NCBI GenBank assembly: GCA_009914755.4
Contig: CP068257.2
Location: 6,592,001-6,656,000, forward strand
Direction: 5' to 3'
Source: the human T2T-CHM13v2.0 reference genome, Homo sapiens
Length of the DNA stretch: 64,000 bases
The translations under genes and the position numbers were made by a program. Shown here one piece after another: positions 53,497-64,000 of the stretch; the stretch's first letter is position 1, and each line of letters begins with the position of its first letter. The notes beneath the pieces are model-generated. The model saw only the letters and a program-made list of their open reading frames with translations, was not told the DNA's origin and did not search any database.

Positions 53497-54536
53497 GGGA
53501 GGAGGAGCCAAGATGGCCGAATAGGAACAGCTCGAGTCTACAGCTCCCAGCATGAATGACGCAGAAGACCGGTGATTTCTGCATTTCCATTTGAGGTACT
53601 GGGTTCATCTCACTAGGGAGTGCCAGACAGTGGGCACAGGACAGTGGGTGAAGTGCACTGTGCACTAGCTGAAGCAGGGCGAGTCATTGCCTCACTCAGG
53701 AAGTGCAAGGGGTCAGGGAGTTAGCTCCCTTTCCTGGTCAAGGAAAGGGGTGACAGACGGCACCTGGAAAATCGGGTCACTCCCACCCTAACACTGTGCT
53801 TTTCTGACGGGCTTAGGAAACGGCACACCAGGAGATTATAGCTGGCACCTGGCTCGGAGGGTCCTACGCACACGGAGTCTCGCTGATTGCTAACACAGCA
53901 GTATGAGATCAAACTGCAAGGCAGCAGCAAGGCTGGGGAGGGGCACCGGCTATTGCCCAGGCTCTCTTAGGTAAACAAAGCAGCCAGGAAGCTCGAACTG
54001 AGTGGAGCCCACCACAGCTCAAGGAGGCCGTCCTGCCTCTGCAGGCTCCACCTCTGGGGGCAGGGCACAGACAAACAAAAAGACAGCAGTAACCTCTGCA
54101 GACTTAAATGTCCCTGTCTGACAGCTTTGAGGAGAGCAGTGGTTCTCCCAGCACGCAGCTGGAGATCTGAGAATGGGCAGACTGCCTCCTCAAGTGGGTC
54201 CCTGACCCCTGACCCCCAAGAAGCCTAACGGGGAGGCGCCCCCCAGTAGGGGCAGAATGACACCTCACACGACCAGGTACTCCTCTGAGACAAAACTTCC
54301 AGAGGAACGATAAGACAGCAGCATTCGCGGATCACGAAAATCCACGGTTTTGCAGACACCACTGCTGATAGCCAGGCAAACAGGGTCTGGAATGGGCCTC
54401 TAGCAAACTCCAACAGACCTGAAGCTGAGGGTCATGTCTGTTAGAAGGAAAACTAACAAACAGAAAGGACATCCACACCAAAAACCCATCTGTACATAAC
54501 CATCATCAAAGACCAAAAGTAGATAAAACCACAAAG
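53497..54536 (+). promoter_or_regulatory. L1 5'UTR (internal sense promoter and antisense promoter region of the L1PA element)
   Basis: Established knowledge of L1 5'UTR function; the sequence is colinear with the L1PA 5'UTR. Confidence 0.5.
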
Positions 54537-55553
54537 ATGGGGAAAAAACAGAGCAGAAAAACTGGAAACTCTAAAAAGCAGAGCACCTCTCCTCCGCCAA
54601 AGGAACGCTGTTCCTCACCAGCAATGGAACAAAGCTGGACAGAGAATGACTTTGACGAGTTGAGAGAAGAGGGCTTCAGACGATCAAACTACTCTGAGCT
54701 ACAGGAGGAAATTCAAACCAAAGGCAAAGAAGTTGAAAACTTTGAAAAAACTTTAGACGAATGTATAACTAGAATAACCAATATAGAGAAGTGCTTAAAG
54801 GAGCTAATGGAGCTGAAAGCCAAGGCTCGAGAACTATGTGAAGAATGCAGAAGCCTCAGGAGATGATGAGATCAACTGGAAGAAAGTGTATCAGTGATGA
54901 AAGATGAAATGAATGAAATAAAACAAGAAGGGAAGTTTAGAAAAAAAAGAATAAGAAGAAATGAACAAAGCCTCCAAGAAATATGGGACTATGTGAAAAG
55001 ACCAAATCTGCATCTGATTGGTGTACCTGAAAGTGACGGGGAGAATGGAACCAAGTTGGAAAACACTCTGCAGGATATTATCCTGGAGAACTTCCCCAAT
55101 CCAGCAAAGCCAGCCAACATTCAGATTCAGGAAATACAGAGAACGCCACAAAGATACTCCTCGAGAACAGCAACTCCAAGACACATAATTGTGAGATTCA
55201 CCAAAGTTGAAATGAAGGAAAAAATGTTAAGGGCAACCAGAGAGAAAGGTCAGGTTACCCATAAAGGGAAGCCCATCAGAATAACTGCTGATCTCTCGGC
55301 AGAAACTCTACAAGCAAGAAGAGAGTGGGGGCCAATATTCAACATTGTTACAGAAAATAATTTTCAACCCAGAATTTCATATCCAGCCACACTAAGCTTC
55401 ATAAGTGAAAGAGAAATAAAATACTTTACAGACAAGCAAATGCTGAGCGATTTTGTCACCACCAGGCCTGTCCTAAAAGAGCTCCTGAAGGAAGCACTAA
55501 ACAAGGAAAGGCACAATCGGTACCAGCCACTGCAAAAACATGCCAAATTGTAA
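54537..55553 (+). pseudogene. L1 ORF1 (ORF1p), disrupted
   Basis: In-frame stop at ~54867 (agatgatga where the consensus has agccgatgcga) and a frame change (ORF pieces 54537..54866 and 54894..55553). Confidence 0.85.
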
Positions 55554-55616
55554 AGAACATCAAGACTAGGAAGAAACTGCGTCAATTAACGAGCAAAATA
55601 ACCAGCTAACATCATA

Positions 55617-59398
<3,782 letters not shown>

Positions 59399-60055
59399 AT
59401 GTTCTCATTCATAGATGGGAATTGAACAATGAGAACACATGGACAAAGGAAGGGGAACATCACACTCTGGGGACTGTTGTGGGGTGGGGGGAGGGGGAGA
59501 GGGATATCATTAGGAGATATACCTAATGCTAAATGACGAGTTAATGGGTGCAGCACACCAGACTGGCACATGTATACATATGTAACTAACTGGCACATTG
59601 TGCACATAAACCCTAAAACTTAAAGTATAATAATAATAATAATAATAATAATAAAATAAAATTAAAAAATGAAAAATTTGTTTGCCTTGTAAATAAACTA
59701 CCAAAAAAAAAAGGAAAAACAAGAGGCAGATTATTTGTGGAGATAAGTCTTCCCCCTATCAATGAGTAAAGATTTTTGCCCTTTAAAAATTTTTTAAGTC
59801 ATGATTTTAGGTAAATGAATGACTTACGTTGACGTGGAATTCTATTTCATAACATCAAGTGTTTAAACCTTTAATATATTTAATAGGCTTCCCAAAATCA
59901 AATTGCAACTTCAAAATTTTATGTTCTGACCTCTAACTTTGGGATACTACAGAGGCCCCTGAAGCACCCAAAAGAGAGGTAAACAGGACTATTTAACATG
60001 TTAAGTCACATGGCTAGCACTGTCAAAATAAAAAATAATGTTGAACCTTCTTTAG

Positions 60056-60410
<355 letters not shown>

Positions 60411-60720
60411 CCTAATTATGGTTATTAAGTTATTGTAGACCACAGAAATAACCAAATTTCCTTGTCAATTGTCTTTATCTATAACTATTTAAAGTCATTT
60501 CCACAGTTAATTGCTTAATGGTGATGCAGTTTCTAAAAACTTCACAAGCATGCAAAATTCTAGAATATGGTGTCTCTTAGAAGATTCATGAAAGAATGAA
60601 AAGGATCCTGAAAAACTCTCGTGAACACAGATTTTTAATAACTTTAATATCATGGGTAAAAATTCCCCATAAGTTCCCCGATACCCCAAGAATTGGACAG
60701 GTTAAGAATTCTCAAAAGTT

Positions 60721-61021
<301 letters not shown>

Positions 61022-62319
61022 TTAATAAATAGACCAACTGGTTTATAAAACTGCTAACCTAAGTAAAACAAAAATTGTATACCAAGGAAATATTTTGCCA
61101 CATTTGCATGCTAAATCACCAATATTGAAATTGTTTAGGTATATAATTTAAATAAACTCCATGGTCTAAGTCAAATCACCTATAACTACTCATCAGTTAC
61201 CAGTGCCATGCACGTAATTTGGAGAAACAGCTGGTATTCAAGAGGATGTAAGTCTAATGTTAATTAAGCCTAGACTTATGAAGAACCAGGATGGCCACCT
61301 TATCCTTCTTAAGTCCTTAAACTTTTGTTATTAAAAGTTCTGCATTCCATAACTCATCATGGAAAGAGAAAATGATCCAAATTAAATATATTGGTGTGGT
61401 GATTTCTAAACTGCTAAAATAGTTTATAACCAATGTTTGGTTTGTCAAACCTATATTTCTAGGAAAACAATCAAAACTTCAGGTACATTTGGTTACCTGA
61501 TGGGCCATTTAAACATTTTATAAAGGGATTTGATTCAGTTGTCATTTTCAGTGCATGTTTTCTGATTGTATAAAAGCTCTTCCATGCGAGAGAGTTGATG
61601 TTAAAACAGTAGATTATTACCCTGAAGTGTATTTTCACCAGGTCAAGAAAGCCTTTTATGGTTCACTGAGGACAGTCAACCCCTTCAAAATCTGGAATCT
61701 GATGACTGGATCTTCTGAGAACATCAGAGAAGGACTGCCCTTGCCATCCACATGACAGCAAAACTTTAAAACCTTAAACTTTGGGTTCATAGTCTCACAA
61801 CTCAGAAGGGTCCTACCACACTTGGAACCATATACCCATTGGAACCCTTAAGGTAAAGCTAACAAGCACAGTTCCCCCCAGAAGAAGATGGCATCCTTAA
61901 TGTGAAAAGCTTTTCCCAAGATCACAGATCAAGACTTCTCTACTATCATGAGACACTTATCTTAAGTATCTGTGCAGCTGCTAACACTTACAGCATGTGG
62001 AGAAAACATGGGGTATTATAAAAATTTGGTTGTAGGGAATTAACAAAAAAAAACACTTAGTTAAGGAAGTAAACTCTTTATCTAATTCATTCTTTAATCT
62101 ATTTGGTTTTAGGTGGTTTGATTTATGGGGACCCTGAGTTAGGAGCATATACCAAATTCTTGGTGTTATCCCAACAGTCATAAGAGTCTCCCTGGTGCAC
62201 TGTACTTACTCAAATGTTTTAAGTGTTTGCATGCAGGCATCTCTAAAATATCAAATGGTATCTCTTCAACTGGAATGACAAGAGATTAAAAAAAAAGTGC
62301 AACCATAAGGACACCGTAA

Positions 62320-63480
62320 CCTATGAGTGACATGCTAAACCGGAAACCCAAAACAATGAGGGTGACATGCTAAACCAGAAACCCAAAACAATGGGAGTGA
62401 TGTAGTAAAACTGGAACCCAAAACAATGGGAGTGACTTGCTAAAACTGGAACCCAAAACAATGGGAGTGACCTGCGAAACCAGAAACCCAAAACAATGGG
62501 AGTGACGTGCAAAACCAGAAACCCAAAACAATGAGAGTGATATACTAAAACTGGAACCCAAAACAATGGGAGTGATGTGCTAAAACCGGAAATGAAAACA
62601 ATGGGAGTGATGTGCTAAAACCGGAACCCAAAACAATGGGAGTGACATGCTAAACCAGAAACCCAAAACTATGGGAGCATCCTGCTAACCCAGAAACCGA
62701 AAACAATGGGAGTGACCTGCTAAACCAGAAACCCAAAACAATGGGAGTGACGTGCTAAAACTGGAACCCAAAACAATGGGAGTGACGTGCTAAAACTGGA
62801 ACCCAAAACAATGGGAGTGACGTGCTAAAACTGGAACCCAAAACAATGGGAGCATCCTGCTAAACCAGAAACTGAAAACAATGGGAGTGACCTGCTAAAC
62901 CAGAAACCCAAAACAATGGGAGTGACGTGCTAAAACCAGAAACCCGAAACAATGGGAGTGACGTGCTAAACCAGAACCCAAAACAATGGGAGGGACTTGC
63001 TAAACCAGAACCCAAAACAATGGGAGTGACGTGCTAAAACTGGAACCCAAAACAATGGGAGTGACCTGCGAAACCAGAAACCCAAAACAATGGGAGTGAC
63101 GTGCAAAACCAGAAACCCAAAACAATGAGAGTGATATACTAAAACTGGAACCCAAAACAATGGGAGTGATGTGCTAAAACCGGAAATGAAAACAATGGGA
63201 GTGATGTGCTAAAACCGGAACCCAAAACAATGGGAGTGACCTGCTAAACCAGAAACCCAAAACAATGGGAGCATCCTGCTAAACCAGAAACTGAAAACAA
63301 TGGGAGTGACCTGCTAAACCAGAAACACAAAACAATGGGAGTGATGTGCTAAAACCAGAAACCCGAAACAATGGGAGTGACGTGCTAAAACTGGAACCCA
63401 AAACAATGGGAGTGATGTGCTAAACCAGGAACCCAAAACAATGGGAATGACGTGCTAAACCCGGAACCCAAAACAATGGT
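62320..63480. repeat. Minisatellite, 35-36-bp unit (consensus near agtgacgtgctaaaactggaacccaaaacaatggg), ~32 copies, with a ~625 bp higher-order period (two copies)
   Basis: Direct reading. The variant-unit sequence of 62430-63050 repeats at 63050-63300+. ORFs 62321..62566 (-) and 62966..63160 (-) share peptides. Confidence 0.85.
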
Positions 63481-63545
63481 AACTAAGAGTGATGCTAAGG
63501 CCCTACATTTTGGTCACACTCTCAACTAAGTGAGAACTTGACTGA

Positions 63546-63846
<301 letters not shown>

Positions 63847-64000
63847 AAAAGGAGGAATTTTTTAAGCAAAATTATGGGAGGTCAGTGTTTTGAACAAAAC
63901 TCATGCAATAGGTCCCAACAGACCAAACCAAACCAAAATGGAGTCACTCATGCTAAATGTAACATAATCAAACTAAGACTTAAAGGAAACACATAAATCC

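Noticed and set aside
59640-59720. Target-site duplication for the full-length L1 (aaaatattaaaaaataat upstream versus aaaattaaaaaatgaaaaat downstream)
   Set aside because: Both flanks are simple A/T-rich sequence, so the apparent match is not distinguishable from chance. The 3' boundary of the L1 tail is therefore approximate.

Overview
This window is primate, most likely human, interspersed-repeat-rich intergenic or intronic DNA. There is no bacterial or phage-like system, and I cannot support any intact protein-coding gene. Almost every ORF in the six-frame track lies inside a transposon or tandem repeat. The part after ~35 kb holds 17 Alu elements, a Tigger1 DNA transposon split by Alus, several ancient L1 fragments, a full-length but ORF-disrupted L1PA at 53.5-59.7 kb, a probable HERV9/LTR12 LTR, and several minisatellites. 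The first ~35 kb is Alu-free and structurally unusual. Positions 617-15527 are a dense tandem arrangement of ERVL-MaLR (THE1/MST-like) sequence. It starts with two ordinary LTR/internal segments. These are followed by about four copies of a ~3.3 kb higher-order unit: a full LTR carrying a ~400 bp insert, a full internal region, a half-LTR with a G-rich tandem motif, and an internal tail. Each full LTR insert contains an inverted copy of ~260 bp of the unit's own internal region, so the array carries regularly spaced inverted-repeat pairs. The array is followed by a 15-bp minisatellite (15.5-16.3 kb) and a ~280 bp-arm inverted repeat (16.5-17.5 kb). Positions 1-1850 plus 15528-16790 have an ~88-90% identical paralogue at 28398-31404. 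This paralogue lacks the expanded MaLR array and is truncated by a 48-bp minisatellite (31.4-32.8 kb). Other tandem structures are a ~636-bp unit array with an internal inversion (25.2-27.8 kb), a 60-bp repeat (47.9-48.3 kb) and a 35-36-bp minisatellite with a ~625 bp higher-order period (62.3-63.5 kb). All family assignments come from my recollection of consensus sequences, with no database search. Coordinates are approximate to roughly +/-10 bp.
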